Shown piece by piece: positions 49,423 to 63,115 of a stretch of DNA of 64,000 bases. Numbering within the stretch: position 1 is the stretch's first letter; each line of letters starts with the position of its first letter. A model generated the notes under the pieces. The model was not told where the DNA came from. It saw only the letters and a program-made list of their open reading frames with translations, and made no database searches. The position numbers were made by a program, and so were the translations under genes. Source of the DNA: Chrysomallon squamiferum (lineage: Eukaryota; Animalia; Mollusca); assembly GCA_012295275.1 (NCBI GenBank), contig CM022665.1, positions 25,420,001 through 25,484,000 of the forward strand. Direction: 5' to 3'.

Positions 49423-51826
49423 ATGCCTTTTTCTTTTGTTCTTTTTTAATACCTCTTCACTATTATGATTATATTCTTCTCCTTTTTTTAAATTGATAAA
49501 AAAAGAGGAAGAGACTTCAAACTAAATTTTTAAAATCATGTCCAACCAACGAGTTGTTTATTATATATATAAATATATATGTATATGTATATTTATATAT
49601 AAACATATAAATTTTGCAGCAAGTGCTGCTTTGTTCTTGAATCTGGCATTCAACTGTATTGTTTTGTTTATGTTTGATGTAATGATAAATGTGTAATTTA
49701 GTCTAATTTTGTGAAAACAAAAGTGATAGATTTCTTTTGTGTTTTGATTGTTATGTATTACAATGATTATGGTATTCTTGCAAGAATTTTTTTTTTTTTT
49801 AAATTATTAAGAATTAATCCAAGAATTCCATATGTGACTAAGAAGATAATAATAGTAATAATAATTAAATAACAAAAAAAACACCAAAAACATTATCACT
49901 TACATCTCATCACACATACACTTTAATCTTGAATGACAAGTATGTCACAGAAGTTAATTTTTAATTGAATATGAAAATAGTTGAAAATGCAAACTTTTTA
50001 TCCTAAGTATAATTAGGTAACTGTTTTGTGTATGTATGTGTGTGTGTGTCTGTGTGTATGCACACACACACACTTTGTATAGATAGTTGACAACTGTTGA
50101 TCTGCCTGTAACAGATAAAGTGTTTTCATTTGTTAAGATATAAATCAGGTGCACCAAAATAAGTTGTTAAATTTTTAAATGGACGTAACTCATGCAAGCC
50201 AGATCTGTAGAGCACCATGTTTTGATTGGGTATTTTGTTTTGTTGTTTTTTTTTGGCCCACAAGCATTTAAGACAGTTTCCAAAAAAAAATTAACTATGA
50301 AATATTAGTTTCAAAAATAAATGTGTAGAAAATCAGAAGTTCTTGTGTGAAATAACAGCTTATTTCCTTTGTTTTTTTTCTTCAGGGATTCATTTGTTCA
50401 ATATCATGTACAAATTAACTATTTCACCATGAAATATGATTCATAATTTGTTATATTCTGTGAAAGATTTTGATCTGTGTAAATAATTTATTTGAAATTG
50501 ATGTTAATTTCATCATGAACATGAACTGGGCATGATCCAATTTTATTTTTTATTTGTCTCACTAAGATTTAATTTATGTAAAAAGATCAGTAGCTAGTAA
50601 TTCATAAACATAGCACCATTTAATTTAATTTAACTTGTTCTTAACAGAATATTTTATATTATTTCAAATACATAAATATATATATAAATATATATGTATG
50701 TATGTATATTAATGTTCTGGTAGAATACTGCACTTTTTGTGAAGGTTTAGTTTTGCTTTTGAGATCACTAACTTTATAATTTATTTTCTGAATGGACTTT
50801 GCTTCTTATAATTTTCTAATGGAATTCAGTGTAATATTTTAATGATTCTTGTTTTTTTATTTCAACATTTCTATTACCATCTTTTAAAGTGATCAACATA
50901 TATCAGTCCTAAAAAACGAACATAGAACAAAAATACATATAAAGGAGAAAATATTTAAAATTGAGGTTAAAACTAAATGTGGACACATGAGAAATCAAGC
51001 TTTTCTTCTTTTCTTTTTTTTTTAAACTCAGTTACAGTAGGTTGTTTTTAAATTTAAAAGTTTACTGTATTCAGATTCTTCTGTAAATTTTCTTGTAATT
51101 CAGTATCAAATAAGTGGATTTTGTCCAGTTGTTATTCATGATTCAAATGCATATTTGGAATAATATTACTATTGAGTAATACATCTGGTATGTATAAATT
51201 TCCTGGTGAAAAATGAATGTTCTGTTAATAAAGAACACTAATTAGTATTTAGTTTCCTTATTTAACAACACACAACAGAAAAGAATTGCTACATATCTTT
51301 GAAATAAATAATACATTGATTGATTTTAATATAAACAACATCAAAACATCTGGTATTTGTCAGTGCCTTGATAAGTGGTTTAAATAATGGCAGCTTGGAT
51401 GATGGCTTTAGATCCTTCTATCCAGTCTCTGCAGTTGCCCACAATAATTGACAATAATAGAAATTGCCACTTATTAATTATTCATGGGAAAGTTTTACAA
51501 ATTCTTATTTGAAAATACTAACAATATTTTTTTTTTGCATTAACTATTTTGTTTTGGCATACTTTTATTTGAGAGATTTGAATATATATTTAGGGTAAAA
51601 AAAAAAAAAATGAATCAATTGTTTTTACAAATTATGCTTTTTGTATGTAACTATTTTTTCATGCTAAGAAGTATATTCAAGGCTTACTTAGTGTTTCAAT
51701 TAACGTAATTATTGTTTATTTTTATTGTTTGATCCAGACTGTTGATGGTGAAATATTACATAGGCTAAAACTTAATTTTACAAATATTTCATGTCCAGTA
51801 AATCAAATATTATAAACCCTGTATTG

Positions 51827-51857
<31 letters not shown>

Positions 51858-54800
51858 TAATTCTTTGTTCTGTTATATAGTTTTTATTTGGTTATTGGTA
51901 TTAAAAAAACATTTCTTTAAAATACATGATAAATGAAACAGTATGTTCAGAAATTTTGAAAACATTAAATACATGTAAGTTGGATTTTTGATGAATGCTT
52001 TAGATATCTGGATTCTAGTATTTGATATGCCAGGAACTGTGATTCACTGGAAAATGGAATAATGGAAAATGACCAGTTAATATGTTGTAGAATGTATTAA
52101 TTTTAAAAACAAAATCTGTTTGATGAAATATCTGTGTGTGTATATATATATATATATATATTTTTTAAATCTAAAATTAGAACAAACAATTTTGTTCTTT
52201 CTTAAAATGTACGTGAATGGTTTGAACAAATTTTATCAATTTTTGGAAGTTCTATTTATAAATTTTGAAAATTTGGAATGAATTATAGTTAATGGTTCCT
52301 ATTAGTCCATACGTTTTTCCCTTTTCTCTTTATTTTTTAATTAATTAATTAAAAAAATAAAAAATAAATAAATAATAAAAATAAAAATATAATATGCCAG
52401 TGAAAATACATTTTGTTGAAGTTAATTTTTTGATGGTTTTATTTTTGAGGTATAATTTCTTTTCATATATAGATAACTATTGCTGCCTCAGTTGTAATTT
52501 TAAACATACTTAAAAATCTTATAATGAAATAACTTACTATTGAAATTGTAATTTATTTCAGAGTTCTCAGCCCTATCTTTTTTCTTTTGTTTGATTTGCA
52601 TTTTCATGTGCAAAAAGTGTATTTTAATATGGTTTCAGCTTGTCCCAAATGAAGATTTGTTTTATAATTAAAGATATCATGTTTAATGTTTTGAAAAACT
52701 GTTCGAGAAATTACACCAAACTAAACTATAAATTAAAGAACTGATTAGTTCTTAACTCAGAGAATAAATTTAAATACTTAAAAATTATGAAGTTAATATT
52801 ATTCAAAATTTTGGCTACATGACAGAAAAGGGACATTTAGCTAAAATCATTTAAAATCAAAAGCTGTTAGTACTAAGTACTGTATTGCATAATGTGTTTA
52901 TTGTAAGTAATCATTTATTTTAGTTTTTTTTTTTTAGTTTTTTTTTAATCCTGAAAATCTTTATCTGGAATAATAATGTACAGCATATATTTTATGGATA
53001 AATAACTGTGTCACTGTTTGTTATTTAAAACTTTTACTGCAATATAAATGATATTGTTGAATCAGTTTATATTGTACTTGCCTTTTCATATTTGTTTTTT
53101 TTTATCACCAACTACAGATTCTTAAAGTGCTTTCATTAAGGAGTAACAGATGCACTTTGGCTTTGTCTTATTTTATATTTAAAAAAAAAAACCACAAATC
53201 TTTGGGAGTGCTAAAAATAGATAAATTTTTAAAAAATTGTAAAATGAGATATATTTCTCTGAAATAGAATACAATACTGATTTTTCTTAAATGTTTTCTT
53301 GATTAATAATAAATTCACATATATACTTTCTAACAGTCTGATTTTTAATTGTACAAACATTATCATAGTCATTGTAATTTTTGCTGGAATCCAGACCATT
53401 GTCATGTTTGTGCCTTCAGTTAACATTTGTACATGTGGTTCCAAATGTTAGTTTAGTCACATTAGCTTTTAGAAATGTAAAACAAATAAACTCGTATTTA
53501 ATAAACTGTATCTTTTACTGTCCTGATCCATTAGGCTGTGAAGATCATGGCATATATAACAATACAGTTGTATATTCTGTAACAAAGTAAATAACAATTA
53601 TTGACAGTAATATACTTGTATACTATAATCTTTATATTGTAGCTTTGTGAGGGTTTTTGTGTGTTGTAATTGTTAAATAATGTCAAAGAGATTTATGTAC
53701 AAAATTTTGAAATACAGTGGAACGTTCAAGATTATTATTATTATTTTGTTACACATTACCTCAGTGTGTACACTGTAAATTTGGAAACAAGAAATAAAAA
53801 TGATTCTAATAGTTGGTAATGTTGTTCTTTATATGCATACATGTATAAACACTCTCCCTTCCCTGTGTTGCCTTCAGAAGAAGAAAAAATTGTCAAATGA
53901 CAGAAGTTTGTAATGGGTTCCTTTACAGTTTTAACTTGTTTTATATCCAAGAGTAAAAGTTATAAAGATGGCTATTAGTCAAAATAGTTATTATTTTTAA
54001 ATGTAAAACTAAAAAGTCAGAAGTCCATATTTGTTCTAATATATTTGTTGTATTATGTGTTCAAATTTCCCCATGAACAGACCTTTTTAGTAATCTTGTT
54101 TGCATTTATCATTTTGTCTTTGTCTCTTTATTTTACATTTCTGAAATCAAAAATGTTCATGTTTCCCTGAACCTTTATTTTGTTGACTGGTATCTTGAGC
54201 ATATGATGTAAAGGATGGTACAGAGATTATGCATGTCACAAATTTAAGTAATATTTGTGTAGTAATGATTAAAATAAGACATTGAAGAATAACAAATATT
54301 TAAGCTATTTGTGTATATGCTGAAAACAAAATAGTAAAATAAAAAGGAAAATGGTAGGTTTACCAGTTTTGTTGTGGATAATTTCAGTTATATGGTATTG
54401 GTTTTTCCTTTGACATTTGTGTCAGTAGCATCAATTATGAAAAGAAATGCCACAGAGAATCATGCAAGAACAATATTATTTTCATTTATTTACTTTAACA
54501 TTTTCCGATTTGTATCATAAATTTAACATTTATTTAAGGCAATTTTAATTTTCAGTATTTACTTTTTATAAAATAGTGTTTATTCTGTCAGTTTTGGAAA
54601 GTGTAGACTTGTTTAATATTTTATAACACTGGCTTGGAACAAAGAAGTGACAGCAGTTTCTTGGGGCCCAAATCATCAAACGTCTGCTGTGGTCCTGAAC
54701 ATAGTCATCTCTGGAATGGTGAAAAAAAAACAAGGCGTTTAATTTATCTATAGACTATTGTACCCCATTTTTGAACTAACTGAAAAGAATTTAAAGGTGG

Positions 54801-55089
54801 TTTCAAAGCAGAAAACCCACGTATAGGCCTGTGAATGCCAAAAACAGCTATGCCATTGGCAACACTGGATTTGCAAGTTTCATACAATGATGTTTCCTTA
54901 GAATCTTAATATTTTGGAAAATCTCTGCCACTGTTACGTCACGACTACAAAAAAAATTAGTGAGCTCCAGACGGTTAAATGATTTATTAAATATCTGTTG
55001 TTACGTATTCAATAATTCATCAAATCATTCGTTATTAAAACATAACTTGGAAGTATGATGAATACATCTAGAATATTTATTTGTGTCAC

Positions 55090-55403
55090 CAAGCCTTACG
55101 GTAAACGGAAGAAACATGCTTGTAGTCCAACATTCAAGATATTAAATATACATATATATATATATAATTAACTAACATTTCATCGCCAATTCATTCAACA
55201 TATAATATATGAGTGGTCTCCCATTAACAACCAGACATGCGCAGTGACACGTGTATAGTGTCAATATGGCGATCGTCGTGTTGGCACATCAAAGAAAAAT
55301 AAAGTGTATGCAAAGTTGTAGTGGAAAATCCTATCCAAAGAAATAATTTAACGTGCGCTCAAATCGAACAAACCCTCATACCTTAAAGTCAAATGTTAGC
55401 AAC
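55090..55403 (+). promoter_or_regulatory. TRIP11 promoter/5' UTR
   Basis: CGGAAG near 55106, NRF1-like CATGCGCA at 55236-55243, CACGTG at 55248-55253 and YY1-like ATATGGCG at 55264-55271, with CpG retention. Confidence 0.6.
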
Positions 55404-58400
55404 ATGTCATGGTTGGGTGGAAGCCTTTCTTCCCTGACTGGACAACTAACAAACTTAACTAAAGATATTTTGACAGAAGGTACCGAGGAAGTTAGTGGTG
55501 GGTATTATTATTAATATGTTATTATTAGTAGTAGTAATAACACTAGTACTACTGATAATAGTTGTACATCGTTTTTCAAATTTAATAGTTTTTATTAGCA
55601 GCTTTTCTCTTTCAAAGTATTTTAATGGATGTTGATGTTAGGCCTATTTTAAATTTATATATCACTTACCAGAATTGATTAGACTATTTTAAAGTGTAAA
55701 TTGTGATATTATAATACATTTTCAGATAGACATTTAGTATTAGGCTTACCAAAGAAAAAATGGGTGTAATAGTATAGTCATTATCTTCCTGATAAGGATC
55801 GTGCAAAAAGTTTATTAGTTCCATTCAGTTATTTAATTTTATACAAGTTTTCTAAAAGTTTGTAAACTGAACTAATTCACATTGCTGTAAGCATAGAATG
55901 TCTAGAACTCATTTGCTTATTCTAGTCATTCTTGTGAATTGTTTTCTTTTCACAGCAACAGTGCAAGTTAACTGAAAAAAATAGAAGAACTTTAAATCAA
56001 ATTTTATCTATTACTATTAGTATTACAAATATTATATAAAATCTTTATTTTGTAGTAATTTTACAGTCATTATAAACTATATGTATTATTTTAAAGACGT
56101 AAACTGCTACTTACTAGCTGAGTTTTCCAGAGATATTAATTTATAAATATTTGAGTAGATATGTTTCCATAATGTTTTGAACATTTACAAAAGTCTGTCC
56201 TGTTGGACTCAACATTCAGGTAATATACAGAATGTCAGTGTTAATTTGAAAAATATTCTTTAAGTTCAGTTTTGATTCACTAGTTAAGCTTGTTATCTGA
56301 CAAATATCAAATTAATTTTATGTAAGATATCAATACAAAAAATATTTTGTTAATTCATCCATCTGTCACATTATATATGATACCTCACTGACTACTGCAC
56401 ACATGCAACAAATATAATCATATTGTTTAAGATCATAATTAAACTTTAGTAATTTGTTAAGTGTTACTAAGATGTCTTTGAAATTTCATGTAATCAAAAA
56501 TGTAAAATTATTAAAATACATCAAACGTTCAGTTATTATTTACATTTCTGTAAAATAATATTTTAATGTCAGTATGTTTGCATCCATGTTTTCTGAATTT
56601 TTAAAGCTGTAGTGAGAGGATTGATTGGTGCAAAATGTTTATAAAGAATGAGTCAGCGGGTGGCTATTAAATTACTGTTAAAAGTTGTGTTAAGAATTAA
56701 ATTTCCCATTGTATTTCCAGTATTCATCACTGTAAATAATCAGCAAACAGTTAAATAGTTTTTTTTATTTTGCCATTTATATTGAATTAACTGCTCAACC
56801 ATTTCAGATTAGTGTGTGTATGTGTATATGTGGATTTTTTTTTTTTTTTTTGGCTGTTATTCGTTTGCCAGATATATTTGAAAGGTGTTCAGTTTATTTG
56901 ATATTATATGTGTCTGTAAAGTTCGGTAATTTATTTATTATTATTTATTTATTTTACCCAGCATGCATAATAATAATAATCTTATTTCTATTCAATCCAT
57001 TATCTATAAACACATGTATAAAATATCATTTGTGTGCTTTCTTGTCTAAAATAAGGCATTTGTGTACACACATACATTTCATATTGATAATCATTGTGAA
57101 CTGCCTATTATACTTAATGAAAAACCTTGTGATAAACATTAATAAACTTTAATAAAAAATGTTCTGAAATATTATTATACTAATATTAATTTATTTTCTT
57201 TTATAACTGTTAATAACTATCTTAAATAGTCTTAAACTATTTAATTAATAAGATTTTAATCCTCGATGATGGTCATTATGTTCTTGGTTATTTGAATTAC
57301 ATATATTTTGTTAGAAATGGTGCAACATATGCATTAATTTAAAAAAAATATATTTGTTTTATAGATTTTATGCAAACCATAAATATGATTTAAACTTTGT
57401 ATAAATAAAAATATTTAACAGAAAATAGATACTGAAGTTATTTTGTAATATTGATTTTAATTGTGGATCCAGGTTATAGCCAAGTGATAAATACTCATAA
57501 CCACATGTTGCAAGATCAATCTGTTTTTTAACTACCACATTTCCAGACGAATATATTATTTTATATTTCTTTGTTGAAAATTTATTTATTTATTTATTTA
57601 TTTTAATATTTATTTTTAATTTTGTAAATAATGATATAAGAGAAAAAAATCCATGAACAACTGTTTTCCAGTCAGCAGAAATAAATTGTATTTTCCCGTA
57701 GACAGTAATGGACGTCATTGCCTCTGATAAAGAATATTGCCAGGAATTGGAAATGACTGATAATACACATATTCAGTTTGAATTATCTAGTGACCTGTCA
57801 TAATTCCATTCATTACTCTGACACTAATCTATAGCCAGCTTCTATAAATACAAGCTGCTTTTCATTTTATAGCAATAAAAATGAAAATTTTATTTTAGAT
57901 AATGGTTGTATTTCAGCCAGAGTTTTACAACCTTCACGTTATCTAACACTTTTTCCAAATTAGCCTCTTTAACATTTTGGTTTTGTTCTTCATAACAGTT
58001 TGAACCTAAGGTAACAGATTCAGCTTATGAAACTCATTATTTTAAAAATAAGTGAATAATAAAATGAATAGATTTTATTTTATTATTATTATTAATTTTT
58101 TTTTTTTTCACTTGAATGTTGTAGACACATTCTTTTCACCTTTTTATTATTCATTAACTACATTTACATAGCATTTTTATTATATATGTTCCATATTTAA
58201 TTTATTTCTTTAATGAAGACTATTCCCTAACTTTTTTCTGAAGTACCTTTTATAAATTAAAAAAAAAAAAAAAAAAAACCCAAATAAAACAGGAAGTCAT
58301 TTATTCATATCTAGCAGCTTTATTTTTTTATTTTTTATTTTTTATTTTTTTGGTGTGCTGTTCAGAGGGACTTAAAATCCTTCTTTTTATCAGCAATTTG

Positions 58401-61400
58401 TAGAGACTTTGTTATCAAGACCTAATCTGATCAGTTCCCTGGTTGGTTATTATGTGGTAGTAACAGAAATATGAGCAGATTTATAACCATTCCTGTCACC
58501 ATGTTTATTCAGCATTTGATTTAATGATTTATATTCTGTTCTGTGGCTTGGTAGCAAATGTTTACTTAGGCTTTATCACTGTGCTTTCTGGATAGAGATT
58601 TTGGTATTTAGGTTGCAATCGTGGCACTCATTTGCTGTAGTCATCTTTACAGACTGTATTTAAGTTTAAAATGTAACTGCCACTTTGTTTCTGTTGTAGA
58701 TGTTTGTTTAAAATGAATTTAGAAATCAAATTAATTTCAAATGCCAGAACTTTTCAAAATATATTTTAAAGTGGAGGAAACAAATTTTAATATAAAAAAA
58801 AAGACAAAAATTGCAGTTTAACAGAATTTAATAATAAAAACAACAGGTAAGTAAATTTCAAAAAAAAAGAAAAAAGAAAATATCCATCGTAAAGTTTATA
58901 TAAATATATTGATTTTGAATCATTTATTTGATTGTTGTTTGGCTTTTGTAATAAAGTACTATCTTATAAACCATAAACTATATAAAATTAAAAATTATGA
59001 TCATTTTGTTTATTTCTTAAAATAGAGAAAGCACTAAATTTTGGTCATTTTGACAGAACCTATTTAGGCAGTTCATATTTGAAGTAGATATAAATATTCT
59101 GTATGAGCAGGTCTCAGGATTTCATGTTCAGGAAAAGCAATAAAGCTGGATCAAACCTGTAAGTGAAATTAAACTCATTGGCATTTATTATTAATTGTCA
59201 GTTTTTACCTTAATAAATATTTTAGCACTGCCTCAGTTCAAGGAAGTGTGCTGTATTATTTTACTGGAATATCTACCACTTAGTAGTCAGGAATTTTAAA
59301 TATGTGCATTACTTCCAAATATGAAAACAAAATTACCAACATATTTCAGACAGAGATATTCAAAACTAAATGTTAAAGGACAAATCTTGGAACAAATCTT
59401 GGAACAAATCTTGGGGCTGTTGTCCTTGTACACTCTCATGAAATGGACATTATTACTTAATTCCAATAAGTATGTTGGCATATTTAATTAGTAAAATAGT
59501 GCCAAATATTACAATTTACACGTTAAGAGTATAATGCATTTGAATATAAGGTACATTGTGCAAAATGAATCACATGATGAACAATAAATGCTGGATAAAT
59601 GAATTGAAATAGTTTTATGATGCTGACAAATAATGACAAATAATGCTGCCCATTTCTTAATATTGTGGTTATGGATGTTTTGTTTATTACAGGTTTTTTT
59701 GTTTTTTTTTTGTTTGTTTAATAATGAGACAGCATTCTTATTTGTGATATCATTCCTGCCAAACTGTTTACTTGCAACAACAAAAATTAAGTGTTATTTA
59801 TTTGTATGTATTTTCCTTAATATATAATACTCTTTTTTTAATTGAATTTTGAACATAATAATAATACCATAAGCATCATAATGCTTCAATCTGTAAATGA
59901 CAGCATTTAGACATCAGTATGTTACATCATATTTAAAGCAGTATCTTTAAATCAATATTTGTTTTGTTATAATTACAGGACAACAAAACTTTTAAATAAA
60001 TCTTTTATTACTTTTTTAACATGTTCTTTCTTCCTGGATGTCATAATGTACACTTTAAAGAAATGAAATGATTGAAACCCAGATATAAAAAAAATCATTT
60101 AAGGAAAATGTCAAATGCACCACTGTATGTTGCATAACTTAAAGGAAATTGCCTTTATTCTATTGTTGTTGTTTTTTTGTCATTTTTCAAATACAAATTT
60201 CCACATCGTAACTAGCTCATAGAGCTTTACCCTTAATTCTAAATATATCAATAACCAAAGATAACCAGTTTGTAAGGACTTAGGTAAATATTAATGATAT
60301 GCTAGTACTGTTAGAATCAATGAAACTAATACCAAAATAAAATAAAATAATAACCCATGGCAAATGATACAGAATATTTTATTTTTCTTGCTGTCTAAAA
60401 TACTTTTTAAAAACTTGTTAGCAGATGTTTGTCTGAGTCACCAGTTATCATTTGAAATTTGTTTAAAACGAAAAACAACAACAACAAAAAGCCACAAACA
60501 AACAATTATTACTTTAACAAAATTGTGATGAGTCTGAAAATGAGACATTAATGTTTTCATCTGAATAAGCATTTGTTACCAAAGGTAAAAATATTTTGTA
60601 AAATTTTATTGATCAAATGCGCTTGTTTATTCAGCAATTTGGGTGAAAATATGGCTGAACAACTGGTAGACGATCAGGTTTCAAAATGTTCAATAATATA
60701 GATTGACAGTGTTGGCCCGCCCTGGAGTGGTGACACTGCAGCTGGCTTTGCTCTTATCATTTCCTAATATGGCTTATCAATGTTGGGACAGGACATTTGT
60801 GCAGGTAAAGTGACTGTTTGCTCTGTCTTGCAGATCATGCTACAGAACTTCGTTTGGCACAGCAGAAACTTAGTGAAATCCAGTCAACATACGCCGCTCA
60901 GAAATCAGAGGTAACAGGTTTTAATTTTTATTATAAAATAATAAAGACAATAATGAACTTTTAATGAAAAATATATAATTTGGTAATTTTGGACTGGGTG
61001 GTTTTTATTTTGGTTTTTTTTTTTTTTTACTTCATGATGCAAACTAAATAATTGATGATGCATCTTGCACTGACAGGAAGCTAACATTCATCTTAATTTT
61101 AAAAAAATTATTTTTCTTTTTACTTAATTATTGCTGTAGCATATGGTATGTATTATGTTAGAAGCATTTTGTTTTGTTTCTTTCATAAGATAGATTTGTA
61201 CATGGACACCAAGTCATTGGTTAAAAGAAACATTCAAGAGTCATCATTTTTTGTTCCCAAAATTGAATAATATGTTTTTACAATTGTCCAGAAACATTCC
61301 AAATTAAATAATATTTTTCTGATTTGTTAATAAACTTCTTTTTTAACTTGTAAAAAGTAAAAAGTTGTCAGGGTTTCCAAATTATGACATTCTATGCAGT

Positions 61401-62662
61401 GGTTATTTTCAAATGAGGTATATGGCTTGGTTTACCATTGTTATTGGAAGTCTGCAGCGTATTGTTTGTTTAACATTTAAATTCAGATTTGAACACAATA
61501 TTTCAATTTACTATAAATGTTGTCAGATCAGTCTTAAGGGGGAATTTTTTTTATAATGGCCAAAGAAATTAATGGCAGTCACAGTAAAAATGATAAATTG
61601 GATAGTTTCCTTTTTGTTATTATTAATTTTTTTTTAGAAACTGTATCTGTGTGCATGTGGCTATGTGTATGTGTGTGTTAAGTAGTATGAGGTTGTGTTT
61701 ACTAAATCTGTTAATTGGGCAGCTGTCATTGTCAGTTTCATATTTTAAAAATAAACAATTGTAAATGAAAAACTGCTCTGCATTTTATTTTAGGTATAAA
61801 TAGCTTTCAGTTTTATAACTTGCAAAAATTGATAAAAAAAAAATTAAATTCTAAAAATTTGAATCTTTGATGAAGCAAAAGTTAACACAAAGATAAAGCA
61901 TAGAGTAGTTTATGTGGATTTTTATTGTTCTGATCCATTTTTTTGTTTTGATTGTTGGAATTTTAGTAAATTGTTAAACTGAAGATGTACAGTTATCTTT
62001 AGACTTGTAATCCACAATATGCATATGATTATCAGTCTTTCTTTTCAACTCATGTAAAATAAAAATACAAATATATATTAATTTAATCATGCTGAAAGTG
62101 CTCTGTACAGTATTTTAAAGAAAACTAATTTCATTTAGATTTTTAACATTTGATTAAAATTAATATTCTTAAAATATGCACAGAACATTACATTATTCAT
62201 TATGTGTAAATTGATATCTGTCAAGAACACCTGTTTAACAGTTTCATTTTTAAAATTTCAATTTGTGTGTGGAAAATTCTACTGTGAATGTAGTTAGTTT
62301 GACCTTTGTTTAGAACACAGTGGACCAGATAATAGTTTTAAATGTTACAATTAGTTCATATATTAAAAGGTATGTTATTTTTATATGATATAGAATATAT
62401 GCTTTGTGTCTGTGTATGGATGTGTGAGTGTGTTTGTGTAAAGACAAAAAAAAAACTTCTAATATCTGATATCGGGTAATAGTCTTTCTAACTAACTCTC
62501 ATTATTGTTATTATTACTTTTTTTTCTTTGTTTATTTTTATCTTTTTTAAGTGTGAAAGACTAAAGCGAATCAGCCATCAGTATGAAGAAAATGCAGAAT
62601 CAGCAGAACTTCAGATTAATGCCATCTCCCGTGAATATCGCACACTGCTTGAAGAGAAAGAG
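55404..62662 (+). CDS. TRIP11: Golgin GMAP-210 / thyroid receptor-interacting protein 11, first three coding exons; continues beyond the window
   Basis: Exons 55404-55497 (MSWLGGSLSSLTGQLTNLTKDILTEGTEEVS), 60834-60910 (DHATELRLAQQKL...QKSE) and 62552-62662 (CERLKR...ESAELQINAISREYRTLLEEKE) join in frame and align with the TRIP11 N-terminus. Confidence 0.93.
59380..59414. repeat. 12-bp tandem repeat (ACAAATCTTGGA x3)
   Basis: Directly visible. Confidence 0.8.
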
Positions 62663-62741
62663 GTACAGATAACAAAATTGTTTCTGGCTGCTTAATCTTT
62701 TCATAATAAGATGAAGAAAATAAAGTCAATAAAATAAAACA

Positions 62742-62783
62742 AAGGAAATAAAATTCAAATATTTATATGTGTGTGTGTGTGTG

Positions 62784-62823
<40 letters not shown>

Positions 62824-63115
62824 GTAGATATACACACACATACATACATAAACATACAAACATGCACATATATATGTATATTTGTTGTGTGGGCATGTGT
62901 GTTAATGTTTGTTCAAGATATAATAAAGGAAATAAAATTTAAATTTGTGTGTGTGTATATATATGCATATATGTAGATATACACACACATACATACATAA
63001 ACATAGACACATGCACAGATATAAATGTTTGCATATGCATCTATATATGCAAGTATACATGTATTTGCACATACATAGTTATATTTGTTGTGTATGTGTG
63101 TTAATGTTTCTTCAA
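62742..63115. repeat. About 183-bp tandem duplication containing TG/TA/ACAT microsatellites
   Basis: AAAGGAAATAAAATT at 62742 and 62925. GTAGATATACACACACATACATACATAAACATA and ATGTGTGTTAATGTTT each occur twice. Confidence 0.7.

Noticed and set aside
49202-49468. ORF-track 88-aa (+) and 61-aa (-) ORFs
   Set aside because: They are alternative frames over Akt exon B. The meaningful frame starts at the 49180 acceptor.
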